Assembly (NCBI GenBank): GCA_964630055.1 | Contig: CAZVRA010000002.1 | Span: 15,021 to 79,020 of the forward strand | Reading direction: 5' to 3' | DNA: 64,000 nucleotides | Source: an uncultured Candidatus Saccharibacteria bacterium | GTDB lineage: Bacteria > Patescibacteriota > Saccharimonadia > Saccharimonadales > CAZVRA01 | Part shown: positions 9,704 to 19,546 of the stretch, in pieces | Layout: every line of letters begins with the position of its first letter | How positions within the stretch are numbered: position 1 is the stretch's first letter | The notes under the pieces: generated by a model | Database searches by the model: none | What the model was told of the DNA's origin: nothing | Seen by the model: only the letters and a program-made list of their open reading frames with translations | Translations under genes and position numbers: made by a program

Positions 9704-10309
9704 ATGGCTAAAAAACAACTAACTCCCGAGCAGGAGGAAACACGAGTTCAGTCTGAGCGAAACAAAAATGCTCATCCAGGTTTTTTCTTGCGAGCAGCTA
9801 CTTGGTTGCTGGCGCGTTTCCCGCTGACAAAGAATAAATATCAAAATTGGACCAGTGGGCGTCGTATTTTGATAGGCTGGCTACTTTGGATAATCTGCTT
9901 GCCGATTATCCCAATCGTGGCCGCAGCAGTTTGGTACTTGCACGACCCCGAAGGCTTCAAGAAAAGTCCCTGGGCCAAGGCATTGGTCGCTTTAATAATA
10001 GTTTGGGCGGGTATGTTTGGCATCGTGGCGACTGAGCCGGCCCAGCTCGATCAGAACGGCAAGTATTCACCAGTACAAACCCAGGCTGATGGCGAAAAAG
10101 GCGATCCTTCTATTAAGCCTCAGGCTACTGCTAGCGAAGCCAGCAAGGCCAAAGTGGCCAAGCAATCAAAAAGTAACCCCAGTGACGGTAAAAAGTTCGA
10201 AAACTGCACAGAGGCCTTTGACAAAGGGGTGTTTAATATCAAGCGATCCGATCCAAGCTATCAGCCATACCTAGATCGCGACAGCGATGGCATAGCTTGC
10301 GAAAAATAG
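9704..10309 (+). CDS. Membrane-anchored protein with C-terminal Excalibur calcium-binding domain
   Basis: Two to three N-terminal TM helices, a low-complexity linker, and the C-terminal motif DRDSDGIACE (Excalibur DxDxDGxxCE). Confidence 0.7.
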   Translation: MAKKQLTPEQEETRVQSERNKNAHPGFFLRAATWLLARFPLTKNKYQNWTSGRRILIGWLLWIICLPIIPIVAAAVWYLHDPEGFKKSPWAKALVALIIVWAGMFGIVATEPAQLDQNGKYSPVQTQADGEKGDPSIKPQATASEASKAKVAKQSKSNPSDGKKFENCTEAFDKGVFNIKRSDPSYQPYLDRDSDGIACEK

Positions 10310-10385
10310 GCATCCAGGCATACTAATACTAGTATTATCCGGCTACAAACTAAATGCTAGCTATGATATTGGGAAGTTGATTGTT

Positions 10386-10414
10386 TTGACAGCAGGCGCT
10401 GGATCTGTTAATAT
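10386..10414 (+). promoter_or_regulatory. Promoter of rplU
   Basis: TTGACA (10386-10391), 17-nt spacer, extended -10 TGtTAATAT (10406-10414). Leaves a leader of about 110 nt containing small hairpins before rplU. Confidence 0.5.
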
Positions 10415-10530
10415 CTATTATTAGTTAGGAACTAACGGCCAAACTTGCAAGATAAACAAAAATCTTAAAAAGTACTGTTCGTTAGGCCACATTCATTCAA
10501 TACAAGTAAATAGGAAGCAAAAAGATTAAT

Positions 10531-10842
10531 ATGAAAAAAGCAGTTATTGCCACGGGCGGCAAACAGTATGTTGTGACCGAAGGCCAGACTTTAGAAATTG
10601 AATTATTAAAAGATGCTGCCGACAAAAAAACGGTCAGCTTTGACGCTTTGTTGGTTATAGACGACAAAGCTACTACTGTTGGTGCACCTATAGTTAAAGA
10701 CGCCACTGTAAAAGCCAAAATTATAGACGAAATACGGGGCGACAAAGTTACTGCTATACGCTATAAAGCCAAAAAACGAGTTCACAAGGTTCGTGGTCAT
10801 CGTCAAAAACTACTCTCTATCCAAATAGAAAAAATTAGCTAG
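10531..10842 (+). CDS. rplU: 50S ribosomal protein L21
   Basis: 103 aa. MKKAVIATGGKQYVVTEG start and KKRVHKVRGHRQ are typical of bL21. Confidence 0.95.
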   Translation: MKKAVIATGGKQYVVTEGQTLEIELLKDAADKKTVSFDALLVIDDKATTVGAPIVKDATVKAKIIDEIRGDKVTAIRYKAKKRVHKVRGHRQKLLSIQIEKIS

Positions 10843-10962
10843 CGAGCCAGCAGTAATCTACCAATATTTGCTGTCAAGTTTGCTCGGTTTACTTGTGTGG
10901 GCGGCCTAAAAATGGTAGCCTAAGACGTAGATTACAAGTGTAAAAGAGGGTAAAACTAAAAC

Positions 10963-11739
10963 GTGGCAGACATTGTAGCTATCCTAAACCAAAAAGGTGG
11001 CGTTGGTAAAACGACCACGGCTATAAATGTAGGAGCTTATTTGGCCAAAAAAGGCCGTCGCGTTTTGGTAGCCGATCTGGATCCTCAGGGTAATGCGACT
11101 AGCGGGCTTGGCATAGATAAGCAGTCACTAGTAGCTACCACTTATGACGTACTATTTAACACTGCCGAGACCGACCGAGTGTTGCAAGCTGCCAACATAG
11201 CGAATTTGTGGGTTTTGCCGACCAATCAGCAGCTGGCTGCCGCAGAGGTGGACTTGGCCAACGAGGACCACCGCGAGTACAGGTTGCGTTCGGCTCTTAC
11301 TAATTTGGACTACGATTATATACTTATAGATTGTCCGCCGGCGCTTAGTCTGCTAACAATAAACGCACTTTGTGCTGCCGATTTTGTGCTAATACCAGTT
11401 CAGACAGAATATTATGCCCTCGAAGGCTTGGGCCAGCTTTTAGATATTATCCAAAGGGTTAGGGGGGGTCTTAATCCCAGCCTAGATTTACTTGGCGTGG
11501 TAGCTACTATGCACGATGGTCGCACTTCTTTATCTGAGCAAGTTACCAGTGAGCTAAAGAAACATTTTGGGGACAAATTCTTTCGGACGATTATACCGCG
11601 CAATGTGCGCTTGGCGGAGGCCCCTAGTTATGGCAAGTCAATTGCCGAGCACGATAAATGGTCGCGCGGCGCTCGAGCTTATAAAAACTTGACCAAAGAA
11701 ATAGAAGCGGCTATAAAACAGCAAAGGAAACAAACATGA
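10963..11739 (+). CDS. parA: ParA/Soj chromosome-partitioning ATPase
   Basis: GTG start. Deviant Walker A NQKGGVGKTTT, plus DCPP and NVRLAEAPSYG motifs. Confidence 0.9.
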   Translation: MADIVAILNQKGGVGKTTTAINVGAYLAKKGRRVLVADLDPQGNATSGLGIDKQSLVATTYDVLFNTAETDRVLQAANIANLWVLPTNQQLAAAEVDLANEDHREYRLRSALTNLDYDYILIDCPPALSLLTINALCAADFVLIPVQTEYYALEGLGQLLDIIQRVRGGLNPSLDLLGVVATMHDGRTSLSEQVTSELKKHFGDKFFRTIIPRNVRLAEAPSYGKSIAEHDKWSRGARAYKNLTKEIEAAIKQQRKQT

Positions 11740-12635
11740 GCACTCAACCAAAATCAAAATCTAGCCCAAAAACAAGTCCTAAAATTGGTCTTGGTAAGGG
11801 CTTTGAGTCGCTTTTGCCTCAAGACTTCGATACGAGCATTTTGGCAAAATCAGGTGAACAAGTTCGCCAAATTGCGCTGTCAAAATTGCTGCCTAACCCA
11901 AACCAGCCTCGCAAGACTTTTGATCAAATAGCGTTGGTTGAACTATCGATATCAATCGAACGACACGGTATTTTGCAGCCCTTAGTCTTGAGCCCTTACG
12001 GCGAAAAGTACTATGTTATTGCTGGTGAACGTCGTTGGCGGGCCGCCGAAATAGCTGGTCTTAAAACAGTGCCAGCTCTGGTGCGTACCACGCGAGAACT
12101 AGAGCGGGTCGAACTAGCCTTGGTCGAGAATATACAGCGGGTTAGCTTGCCGCCGCTAGAGTTAGCTGCCTCAATTGTGTATTTGCAAGAACAATTCAAT
12201 GTTGATATTGGGACAATTGCCGATCAGCTGGGTAAGGCCGAAACTACACTAATCAATATAACTAGGCTGCTAAAGTTGGAGCCGGCTTCGCGTCAGGCAT
12301 TGCAAGAAAAGCGCATCTCCGAAGGACATGCTCGGCAGTTGCTAGCCATAAAAGAGCCAAACGCCCAAAATACTTTTTTGCAGCTCATATTAAAGCACGG
12401 ATGGTCAGTTCGGCAGGCCGAGCGTTATGTCAATGCTCAAAAGAAGCAGGGAATTAGCTCAGTCAAGAAGGCTGTTAACCATGTGCTATCTACGAATAGT
12501 CAGACCGAGAAATTAGGCAAGTACTTAGGTACAAGTGTGACTATCAGGCGTATGGCCAACGGGGGTCGTTTAGAGATTGCCTACCAGAACGAAGAAGATC
12601 TAGAGCGTATTATTAGATCCGTTGCTGGCAAATAA
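11736..12635 (+). CDS. parB: ParB/Spo0J partition protein
   Basis: ATGA overlap with parA. ParB box NPNQPRK and GERRWRAA arginine patch, plus an HTH region. Confidence 0.9.
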   Translation: MSTQPKSKSSPKTSPKIGLGKGFESLLPQDFDTSILAKSGEQVRQIALSKLLPNPNQPRKTFDQIALVELSISIERHGILQPLVLSPYGEKYYVIAGERRWRAAEIAGLKTVPALVRTTRELERVELALVENIQRVSLPPLELAASIVYLQEQFNVDIGTIADQLGKAETTLINITRLLKLEPASRQALQEKRISEGHARQLLAIKEPNAQNTFLQLILKHGWSVRQAERYVNAQKKQGISSVKKAVNHVLSTNSQTEKLGKYLGTSVTIRRMANGGRLEIAYQNEEDLERIIRSVAGK

Positions 12636-12654
12636 TTAAAAACAATTAAGTAGT

Positions 12655-13377
12655 CTAATCGTATTTTTGGGCTTTATTAAATGGCCAAACCCGTAGGCCT
12701 AGTCGGCCTACTAAATCTTTTAAAGGCACTGGTCCAAAAGCTCGAGAATCTAGTGAATTTGGCCGGTTGTCGCCGCAAACAAAAATACTGTCGTTGGGCA
12801 CTACCAAATCGAGTTCACCAGGAGTCGATACAATAACTTTGCCATAAGGTGCGTCGTCTGGCTTAAAGCCATTGGGATGCTGCTTGTTGTAAACAGTCAA
12901 CACATTATTTTTTAACGTAACGCGCTCGCCGGGCAGGGCAATAACTCTTTTAATAAGCTGACGTTTGTTGCTGGTGCCAAATTCATAACCTTCGTCCCGC
13001 GAAAATATAACTATTTCTCCACGATCAGGCAGGTAAGGTCCGCCGATAAAATTACCGAGCGTTTTGGGTAGCTTATAAACAATTAGGCGATCGTGGTTCT
13101 GGAGCGTGGTTTCCATGCTGGGGCCATCTACCTCGTAAGACTGAAAAACAAAAGCAGTTAGCGATAGAGCAATCAACGGCGCAATTAATAAAATTGCTAG
13201 TGTAGAGAATATGCCTCGCTTGTTCTGGGAATTTTGCTCTTCTATAGCATAGGCTTCTTCTGGGTCGGGCGCCAGAGGATTGGTATTTTGGTAGTTATTG
13301 TTTGGATCCATGTCTTTATAATATACTGCACTCCAGCCATTACGACCAAACTTTAAGTGGTAAGTCGCATGCAACAC
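12655..13377 (-). CDS. lepB: Signal peptidase I
   Basis: Catalytic Ser context GPSMETTL, KRVIALPGE box and GDNRPNSLDSR box. The ORF-track start is GTG at 13377. An in-frame ATG at 13311 (MDPNNNY) preceded by TATTAT is a plausible true start. Confidence 0.9.
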   Translation of the reverse strand: MLHATYHLKFGRNGWSAVYYKDMDPNNNYQNTNPLAPDPEEAYAIEEQNSQNKRGIFSTLAILLIAPLIALSLTAFVFQSYEVDGPSMETTLQNHDRLIVYKLPKTLGNFIGGPYLPDRGEIVIFSRDEGYEFGTSNKRQLIKRVIALPGERVTLKNNVLTVYNKQHPNGFKPDDAPYGKVIVSTPGELDLVVPNDSIFVCGDNRPNSLDSRAFGPVPLKDLVGRLGLRVWPFNKAQKYD

Positions 13378-13456
13378 TTTTTTTCAAAGGATTTTTCTAA
13401 GGGTTTTTAGTGCCGAGGCCAAGCGTAAAACTAGTCATGCTAAATCAAGCCAGACC

Positions 13457-13465
13457 TGCTATAAT
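13457..13465 (+). promoter_or_regulatory. Extended -10 element upstream of membrane protein gene
   Basis: TGcTATAAT at 13457-13465, 11 nt before ATG 13477, with GGAG in between. Confidence 0.4.
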
Positions 13466-13476
13466 GTGCGGAGATT

Positions 13477-14226
13477 ATGAAAACAATTGGGGCTAAAATA
13501 AAACCAAAGTCAGGTTTTGCGCATATATTCCATATTTTGCTGACTATTTTAATGCCTATTCTTATATTTGTTTTGGTCAGAATCCGGTTTTTTCAGGTGG
13601 CAGCACTCATAATTTTGCTTAGTAAATGGCGTATGTTTGCAGTTAAGCCGCGGCATTGGCCCGCCAACCTGCGAGCCAACGCCGTAGACCTAATAGTTGG
13701 CTTGTCCTTTTTGATATTTATGATTCACAGCGATTCACAAGCCTGGCAGGGTTTATGGGCGCTGCTTTATGCGGCTTGGCTGCTTTGGCTAAAGCCGCAA
13801 TCGAGTGTTTTTGGCAATACTTTGCAGGCTTTGCTGGGTCAGCTTCTTGGGTTGGTTGCCATGTTTATTATGTGGGGAGGGCAGTCGCCGCTGGTGCTTG
13901 TGTTATTGTCTTGGGCGGTGTGTTACGCTACCGCTCGGCACTTTTTTGCCAACTTCGAAGATTCTATGGTGCGATTTTTATCCTACATTTGGGCTTTTAT
14001 AGCTGCCTCTTTGGCCTGGGTGACTAGCCACTGGTTAATTTTTTATGGTCCAGTTTCGCAGCCAGCATTGCTGCTAACAGTTATCAGCTTTGGCCTGGGC
14101 AGTGCCTACTATCTGCAAAAAGCCGATCGCCTAACTTTGGGTATTCGGCGGCAGATCATGTTTGTTACAATTACGGTTGTGTTGATTATATTGTGGTTTT
14201 CGCAGTGGGGCGACAAAACAGTTTAG
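13477..14226 (+). CDS. Polytopic membrane protein, unknown function
   Basis: 249 aa with about 7 hydrophobic helices. Motif LSKWRMFAVKPRHWPANLRANAVD has no recognisable catalytic signature. Confidence 0.55.
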   Translation: MKTIGAKIKPKSGFAHIFHILLTILMPILIFVLVRIRFFQVAALIILLSKWRMFAVKPRHWPANLRANAVDLIVGLSFLIFMIHSDSQAWQGLWALLYAAWLLWLKPQSSVFGNTLQALLGQLLGLVAMFIMWGGQSPLVLVLLSWAVCYATARHFFANFEDSMVRFLSYIWAFIAASLAWVTSHWLIFYGPVSQPALLLTVISFGLGSAYYLQKADRLTLGIRRQIMFVTITVVLIILWFSQWGDKTV

Positions 14227-14299
14227 TTTTTTTAAGCCTGGCTTAAGCTGATCCATCGAAAATTGTTGTTTACAGAATTAAACATAAGAGGAGGGTAAT

Positions 14300-15469
14300 T
14301 TGACAGATCTAACAGGAGCAAAATTGACAAAACGCCACTGGCGTGTGCCAAGCATAGCGGTTACAATTGCTACTATATTGGTTAGTGCGGCAGCCGGATT
14401 TTTGGGTGGTCATTATGGTGCCAGCCGCCAAAACAACCAATCAATTTCTAACGAATCAAGACAGCAAATTATTAGCAGCGAGAGCCAGCTGATTAGTGAA
14501 ATAGCCAAGGATGTTGGTCCGGCAGTTGTGTCTATTGATGTGATGGGGCAAAGGCAGATGACCATTTTTGGCAGTATGCGCGGTGAGCAGAGTGCAGGCA
14601 CGGGCTTTATTGTTAGTGCCGATGGAGTGATTGTAACAAACAGGCATGTAGTGGCTAGCGCTGGCAGTACGGTTAGCGTGACTTTGGCAGACGGCACCAA
14701 GTTTGACGACGTGACAGTTATCGGCCGGACTAACGAAAACGATTCCCTCGACGTAGCGTTTCTAAAAATAAAAGATACAAAAGGCAAGAAGCTGACGGTA
14801 GCAAAAATGGGTGATTCATCTAAAATGCAGGTTGGCGACAAAGTAGTGGCTATTGGCAATGCGCTTGGTGAGTTTAAAAATACTGTAACCTCGGGAATAA
14901 TTTCTGGTTTTGGTCGCAGCGTTGAGGCTGGAGATAGTAACGGCGGTGGTGCCGAAACTCTGCAAAATCTTTTTCAAACCGATGCTGCCATTAATCAGGG
15001 TAATTCTGGTGGACCGCTAGTCAACGTCAACGGCGAAGTAATCGGTATTAATACAGCTGTTGCCGGCAATGCTCAAAATATAGGTTTTTCGATTCCAATT
15101 AATGATGTTCAGGGCTTGGTAAAGGGTGTGCTCGAAAAGGGAGTGCTGCAGCGTCCCTATTTGGGTGTTCGATACGTTAGCTTAAACGATGACTATGCTT
15201 ATAGATTTAATTTGTCTGTTAAGCGAGGTGCGTATTTGGCGCCGCAGCAGGGAGGTTCGGCTGTAGTTAGCGGCAGCCCGGCCGAAAAAGCCGGTCTACG
15301 CGAAAAAGACATTATTGTAAAAATAGATTCTGTGAATATAGACGAGAACAATAATTTAACTTCGGTTCTTGGTCGTCGCTCTGTTGGCGATTTAGTTAAC
15401 CTGACTATATCCCGGGACGGCAAAGAACAAAAGATCCAGGCCACGCTCGAGGCAGCCCCAGCCAACTAG
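14300..15469 (+). CDS. HtrA/DegP-family trypsin-like serine protease with PDZ domain
   Basis: TTG start preceded by AGGAGG. N-terminal TM anchor, catalytic TNRHV His, DVAFLK Asp and GNSGGPL Ser, plus a C-terminal PDZ (SPAEKAGLREKDII). Confidence 0.9.
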   Translation: MTDLTGAKLTKRHWRVPSIAVTIATILVSAAAGFLGGHYGASRQNNQSISNESRQQIISSESQLISEIAKDVGPAVVSIDVMGQRQMTIFGSMRGEQSAGTGFIVSADGVIVTNRHVVASAGSTVSVTLADGTKFDDVTVIGRTNENDSLDVAFLKIKDTKGKKLTVAKMGDSSKMQVGDKVVAIGNALGEFKNTVTSGIISGFGRSVEAGDSNGGGAETLQNLFQTDAAINQGNSGGPLVNVNGEVIGINTAVAGNAQNIGFSIPINDVQGLVKGVLEKGVLQRPYLGVRYVSLNDDYAYRFNLSVKRGAYLAPQQGGSAVVSGSPAEKAGLREKDIIVKIDSVNIDENNNLTSVLGRRSVGDLVNLTISRDGKEQKIQATLEAAPAN

Positions 15470-15470
15470 C

Positions 15471-16334
15471 CTATGTTTTGACTGAATATGACTGACGTTT
15501 GAGCACAAACAACTGGGCAAGGCCGTGGGCTTGTTCTAATAGCCATCCGTAATTAGCCATTAGTTTAGCTAAATCATCGTGCTGAGAGATAAGTGATTCG
15601 GTTATCATGCTGATGTTTTTGGTCGATCCGCTTCGGTTGGTTTTGGCGAGTTGCTCGAGCAATTCTCGGTAATAGTCCAGGCCGTCGTGTCCACCGTAGA
15701 GCGCTAGTTTAGGCTCTTTTTGAGTGCCTATGGTTGGGTAGTCTGTAGGCACATAAGGTAGATTAGCTAATAAAATGGTGTTGCCACCAAGCTTTAAGCC
15801 ACTGGCTAGGTTGGCTAGAACAAACTCAACCTTTGCCTCCAGTCTGTCGGCGTTTAATTGGGCAACTTTTAAACAATTAGGATCTATGTCGGTGGCCACT
15901 ACGCTAGCTTTGGGCAGCTCTAGCGCGGCCGTAATTGCCAAGCAGCCGCTGCCAGTGCCAATGTCTATTACATGGTCTGGCAATTGTTTAATTAGTAAAT
16001 CAACAATAGCTTCCGATTCGGCGCGCGGTACCAATACATGCCTATTGACCACAAAATCCCTGCCGTAGAATTCCTTACAACCAGTTATATAGGCCAATGG
16101 CCAACCGGCGAGCCTTTTTTTAAGCGCGGCGTCTAGTAGCCGGATCTTATAACTACTTAGCACCATATTGCCGTGCGCCAGCAGCCAAGCTCGGTCTCGT
16201 TGCATTAGATGCTCTACTATTAGCAGGCTGTCTAAACGACTGGTAGCAATATTATTGTTGGCCAAGCTATTGTTTGCACGTCTAAGCCACTGGTCAATAG
16301 TGGCATGGTCGTTGGCTTTAGTTTGTGCTGACAC
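15471..16334 (-). CDS. prmC: Release-factor glutamine N5-methyltransferase PrmC/HemK
   Basis: SAM motif DIGTGSGCLAI. Substrate motif is NLPY (a variant of NPPY). Located immediately downstream of prfA. Confidence 0.85.
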   Translation of the reverse strand: MSAQTKANDHATIDQWLRRANNSLANNNIATSRLDSLLIVEHLMQRDRAWLLAHGNMVLSSYKIRLLDAALKKRLAGWPLAYITGCKEFYGRDFVVNRHVLVPRAESEAIVDLLIKQLPDHVIDIGTGSGCLAITAALELPKASVVATDIDPNCLKVAQLNADRLEAKVEFVLANLASGLKLGGNTILLANLPYVPTDYPTIGTQKEPKLALYGGHDGLDYYRELLEQLAKTNRSGSTKNISMITESLISQHDDLAKLMANYGWLLEQAHGLAQLFVLKRQSYSVKT

Positions 16335-16350
16335 GGGTACGCCTTGCGCT

Positions 16351-17409
16351 TTATTGACTGCTACTGGCTAGTAGTTCATGTTCGGCTGATTGAAGTTTTT
16401 CGATTAGGTCATCGATGTCGCCGGCCAGAGCGCTTGGTATGTTGCTGCGGCTGTACCCAATTCGGTGGTCGGTGATTCGGTCTTGCGGAAAGTTATAGGT
16501 GCGGATTTTTTCGCTACGGTCACCGCTGCCAATTAATTTGCGCCGTGCTTCGCTGAGCTGTTTGGTTTCTTCATCGATTTTGGCTTGCAGCAGGCGGCTG
16601 CGCAAAACGCTCATGGCTTTTAGCTTGTTCTTAATTTGCGATTTTTCGTCCTGGTTAGTGACCACTAGGCCCGTTGGCAGGTGAGTGATGCGCACGGCGC
16701 TGTCGGTGGTGTTTACGCTTTGTCCACCGTGGCCACCGCTGCGAAAAACGTCTATGCGCAGGTCGCTGTCTTTAATTTCTATGTCGGTTTCTTCGGCTTC
16801 GGGCATTACCGAGACGGTTACGGTGCTGGTGTGGATTCGGCCCTGGCTTTCGGTAGCCGGCACGCGCTGGACGCGGTGGACGCCGGCCTCAAATTTAAGC
16901 TGTTTATATGCGTCGCTGCCTCGGACGGCAAAGACTATTTCTTTAAAACCACCGGCTTCGGAAGGGCTTTCGCTGATTAACTCTGGTTTAAAATTATGAG
17001 TCTCGGCCCAGCGAAAATACATGCGGTATAGCTCGCCAGCAAACAAGCTAGCCTCGTCGCCACCGGCAGCGGCTCGGATTTCTATAATAACATCGTGGTC
17101 ATTGTTGGGGTCGCTGGGCGTAAGCAATTCGGTTAATTGGTCGGAAACATCGGCCAGCTCGGCCTTGTTTTGGGATACTTCGGCCGCGGCCAGCTCGGCT
17201 AGCTCTAGGTCTGCGCCAGCCGCCAAATCTTCGGCATCGGCCAACTGTCTGCGTAGGGCTGCTGCACGGTCGAACAAGCCAACAATCTCTTCCAGCTGGC
17301 TTTTGCGTTTGGCTAATTTGGGGTAAGAGGAGGAACTAAATACCGCCGGGTCCTCCAGCTTAACATCAATATTCGCCAGCTCCTGGCGCAGTTCGGCTTC
17401 TTTATTCAT
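16351..17409 (-). CDS. prfA: Peptide chain release factor 1
   Basis: PAT tripeptide ([13 protein letters not shown]) and GGQ motif ([23 protein letters not shown]). Confidence 0.97.
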   Translation of the reverse strand: MNKEAELRQELANIDVKLEDPAVFSSSSYPKLAKRKSQLEEIVGLFDRAAALRRQLADAEDLAAGADLELAELAAAEVSQNKAELADVSDQLTELLTPSDPNNDHDVIIEIRAAAGGDEASLFAGELYRMYFRWAETHNFKPELISESPSEAGGFKEIVFAVRGSDAYKQLKFEAGVHRVQRVPATESQGRIHTSTVTVSVMPEAEETDIEIKDSDLRIDVFRSGGHGGQSVNTTDSAVRITHLPTGLVVTNQDEKSQIKNKLKAMSVLRSRLLQAKIDEETKQLSEARRKLIGSGDRSEKIRTYNFPQDRITDHRIGYSRSNIPSALAGDIDDLIEKLQSAEHELLASSSQ

Positions 17410-17459
17410 TATTAACAGTTTAGCGCATTTAGGCTAACACCTCAAACTCCAGTAACAAG

Positions 17460-17490
17460 TTGACTTATAGTTAAACTTCATGTTAAACTT
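17460..17490 (+). promoter_or_regulatory. Promoter/operator of the Phd-PIN module
   Basis: TTGACT (17460-17465). Direct repeat GTTAAACTT at 17470-17478 and 17482-17490. -10-like TAAACT (17484-17489) lies 6 nt before ATG 17496. Confidence 0.5.
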
Positions 17491-17495
17491 TAATT

Positions 17496-17765
17496 ATGAC
17501 CACAATAACCGCAGTTGAACTCCGTAAAAACATGGGCGCCATTTTTAAGCGTGTCCAAAATGGCGAAAAAATCGCCGTCACTTACCGGGGCAGCCGACCA
17601 GTTGTGCTCGCTCAAGAGCTGCAAAAAAAGGATACCGCAGCTCAGTCTGGTCTGGACTTGTTGTTGAGCTTGCCGCGCCCAAAAAATAAACTCGATCCGA
17701 GTAAATCTGTAAAAGAGTTGTACCACGAAATTCTTGAACAAAAATATAATTATAATAAAAAATGA
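17496..17765 (+). CDS. Phd/YefM-type antitoxin
   Basis: 89 aa. The N-terminus MTTITAVELRKNMGAIFKRVQNGEKIAVTYRG matches the Phd/YefM pattern. ATGA overlap with the downstream PIN gene. Confidence 0.7.
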   Translation: MTTITAVELRKNMGAIFKRVQNGEKIAVTYRGSRPVVLAQELQKKDTAAQSGLDLLLSLPRPKNKLDPSKSVKELYHEILEQKYNYNKK

Positions 17766-18142
17766 TATTTTTTGATGCTAATGTTGTTATTGAAGCCATG
17801 CTGGTTAGACACAATTCACCAGCAGCAATAGCCAGTATAAAAAGAAGCATGAATGAGGCAGCCATCTCCGCCTTAACAGCTCACCAGATAGTATATTTTG
17901 GCAAGAAGGAGGGACTTAATATAGAATCTATACGAATGTATATTCAGGACTTTAAAATTCTACCATTAACTCAGCAGGATTTTGATTGGTCATATCTATA
18001 CGCACTGGACCAGGACTTTGAGGATGCCTTGCAGCTGGCTGTAGCTATCCGCGGCGGCTGCACGCAGTTTGTAACTCTGGACAAAAAGCTTTACCAAAAC
18101 TACAAAAACTTGCCACAAATTAAGGTAAAGTTAATCGGCTAA
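17762..18142 (+). CDS. PIN-domain toxin (VapC-like)
   Basis: 126 aa. Acidic PIN residues in FFDANV, DFEDALQ and TLDKK. Confidence 0.7.
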   Translation: MIFFDANVVIEAMLVRHNSPAAIASIKRSMNEAAISALTAHQIVYFGKKEGLNIESIRMYIQDFKILPLTQQDFDWSYLYALDQDFEDALQLAVAIRGGCTQFVTLDKKLYQNYKNLPQIKVKLIG

Positions 18143-18163
18143 TCGTCAACTAAACTGTTTGAA

Positions 18164-18541
18164 CTATTTGGCGGTTGGCTTGGCAGTAGGTTTAGCTTTA
18201 GCTTTAGCCGTAGGGGCGCCAATTTTTTGTATATCGGCAGATGGTTTTTTGGCTCGTGGTTTGGCTGCTCGGGCAGTAGCGGCCTGTCGAGCTTTTTTGG
18301 CGGCTTCGGCACGCGCTTTAAACTTATCAACACGTCCTTCGATGTCGATCATCTTTTCCTGTCCGGTAAAGAACGGGTGACTGGCGCTACTAATGTGTAT
18401 TTTGACCAACGGGTACTCGGTGCCATCAACCTTGATTGTTTCTTCGGTGGCGACCGTAGAGCGGGTGATAAAAGTTTGGTCGTTGTTGAGGTCTTGGAAT
18501 ACTACGGGGCGGTAGTTTCCGGGGTGTAGATCTTTTTTCAT
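18164..18541 (-). CDS. rpmE: 50S ribosomal protein L31, type B, with Lys/Ala-rich C-terminal extension
   Basis: [10 protein letters not shown] start and HPFFTG motif, with no CxxC (type B). About 45 aa of extra [14 protein letters not shown]-like tail. Confidence 0.9.
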   Translation of the reverse strand: MKKDLHPGNYRPVVFQDLNNDQTFITRSTVATEETIKVDGTEYPLVKIHISSASHPFFTGQEKMIDIEGRVDKFKARAEAAKKARQAATARAAKPRAKKPSADIQKIGAPTAKAKAKPTAKPTAK

Positions 18542-18647
18542 AAAATTTTAATCCTTGGCTAATTAGTTGACCGGTTAGCAATGAGCCGTGCATTGCAGCG
18601 GTTTTTACCGAGCTATTATATCTGTAAAACCCACAAAATGCAACCAG

Positions 18648-18676
18648 TTGAAAATACCGCTTAACAGTGGTACAAT
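18648..18676 (+). promoter_or_regulatory. Promoter of rpsB-tsf
   Basis: TTGAAA (18648-18653), 17-nt spacer, extended -10 TGgTACAAT (18668-18676). Leaves a leader of about 100 nt before rpsB. Confidence 0.55.
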
Positions 18677-18781
18677 GTAGCTACAACTATTTAAGCAGCT
18701 AGCTAAAATAATCCTCCTGCCGCCGCTCGTGTAGAGTGCGGACAGGTAAATTGGCTAGCGAAGAGAAAGGATTTACCAATC

Positions 18782-19546
18782 ATGGCAACAACTGCCAAAA
18801 CAGAGGTGGATATTAAAAAATTACTTGAGGCTGGAGCCCACTTTGGCCACAAAACTAGTCGCTGGCACCCCAAAATGGCGCCTTATATTCATAGCAAACG
18901 CGACGGAACCCATATTATTGACCTAACCAAGACTGTCGAATCTTTGGACCTAGCCCTGGGTTTTATCCAAAAGACTGCCGCCGAAGGCAAGCAAATCCTA
19001 CTAGTTGGAACTAAGCGTCAAGCCAAGGATATTATCAAGTCGGCCGCTGATGCCACTAAAATGCCTTATGTTGCTGAGCGCTGGTTGGGCGGTATGCTGA
19101 CTAATTCTGCCACAATGAATGGCCGCATTAAGCACCTAAAAGACCTAGAACAAAAAATGGATAGCGGTGCTCTAGAGGCCAAGTACAACAAGCTAGAAGT
19201 ACAGCGCTATCAGGAAGAAATCGACCAAATGAATTTCTTGTATGGCGGCATAAAACACCTAAATGGTAAGCCGGGCGCGGTTTTTGTAACTGACGTTTTG
19301 GCCGACGCTAACGCGCTTCGTGAAGCAGCTAAACTGGGTATTAAAACTATCGCTATTGTCGACACAAATGTCGATCCTACCAGCGTTGACTATCCTATTC
19401 CAGCCAACGATGATGCTATTAAAACATTGCAGCTAATTATTGGTTATGTTCAGCAAGCTATAGCCGATGGCCAAGCAGCCGGCGCCAAAAAGCAAGACAA
19501 AACCGAAGCTAACCAAGAATCAGAAGCTAAAAAGGAGGCAAAATAA
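18782..19546 (+). CDS. rpsB: 30S ribosomal protein S2
   Basis: LLEAGAHFGHKTSRWHPKM start is typical of uS2. Followed by tsf. Confidence 0.97.
   Translation: MATTAKTEVDIKKLLEAGAHFGHKTSRWHPKMAPYIHSKRDGTHIIDLTKTVESLDLALGFIQKTAAEGKQILLVGTKRQAKDIIKSAADATKMPYVAERWLGGMLTNSATMNGRIKHLKDLEQKMDSGALEAKYNKLEVQRYQEEIDQMNFLYGGIKHLNGKPGAVFVTDVLADANALREAAKLGIKTIAIVDTNVDPTSVDYPIPANDDAIKTLQLIIGYVQQAIADGQAAGAKKQDKTEANQESEAKKEAK

Noticed and set aside
10325-10336. Perfect 12-bp palindrome AATACTAGTATT just after the Excalibur-domain gene
   Set aside because: It is short and AT-rich, it cannot form a stable hairpin (2-nt loop), and it occurs only once in the window. It is likely chance or a minor protein-binding site.
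10531-10842. rplU (L21) lies 43 kb from rpmA (L27, 54066-54338, opposite strand) instead of in the usual rplU-rpmA operon
   Set aside because: The separation is real, but it is most simply explained by genome rearrangement. There is no associated sequence feature to follow up.
10843-12654. Searched around parAB for a parS site (TGTTNCACGTGAAACA-like)
   Set aside because: I found no match by eye in the flanks or in the 3' end of parB. The only CACGTG I noticed (about 63345) lacks the flanking parS arms. A computational scan would be needed to be sure.
13656-14027. 123-aa and 65-aa alternative-frame ORFs inside the 13477-14226 membrane-protein gene
   Set aside because: They are same-strand overlapping frames with Cys/Arg/Gly-rich composition. 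The 249-aa frame gives coherent TM helices and has its own promoter.
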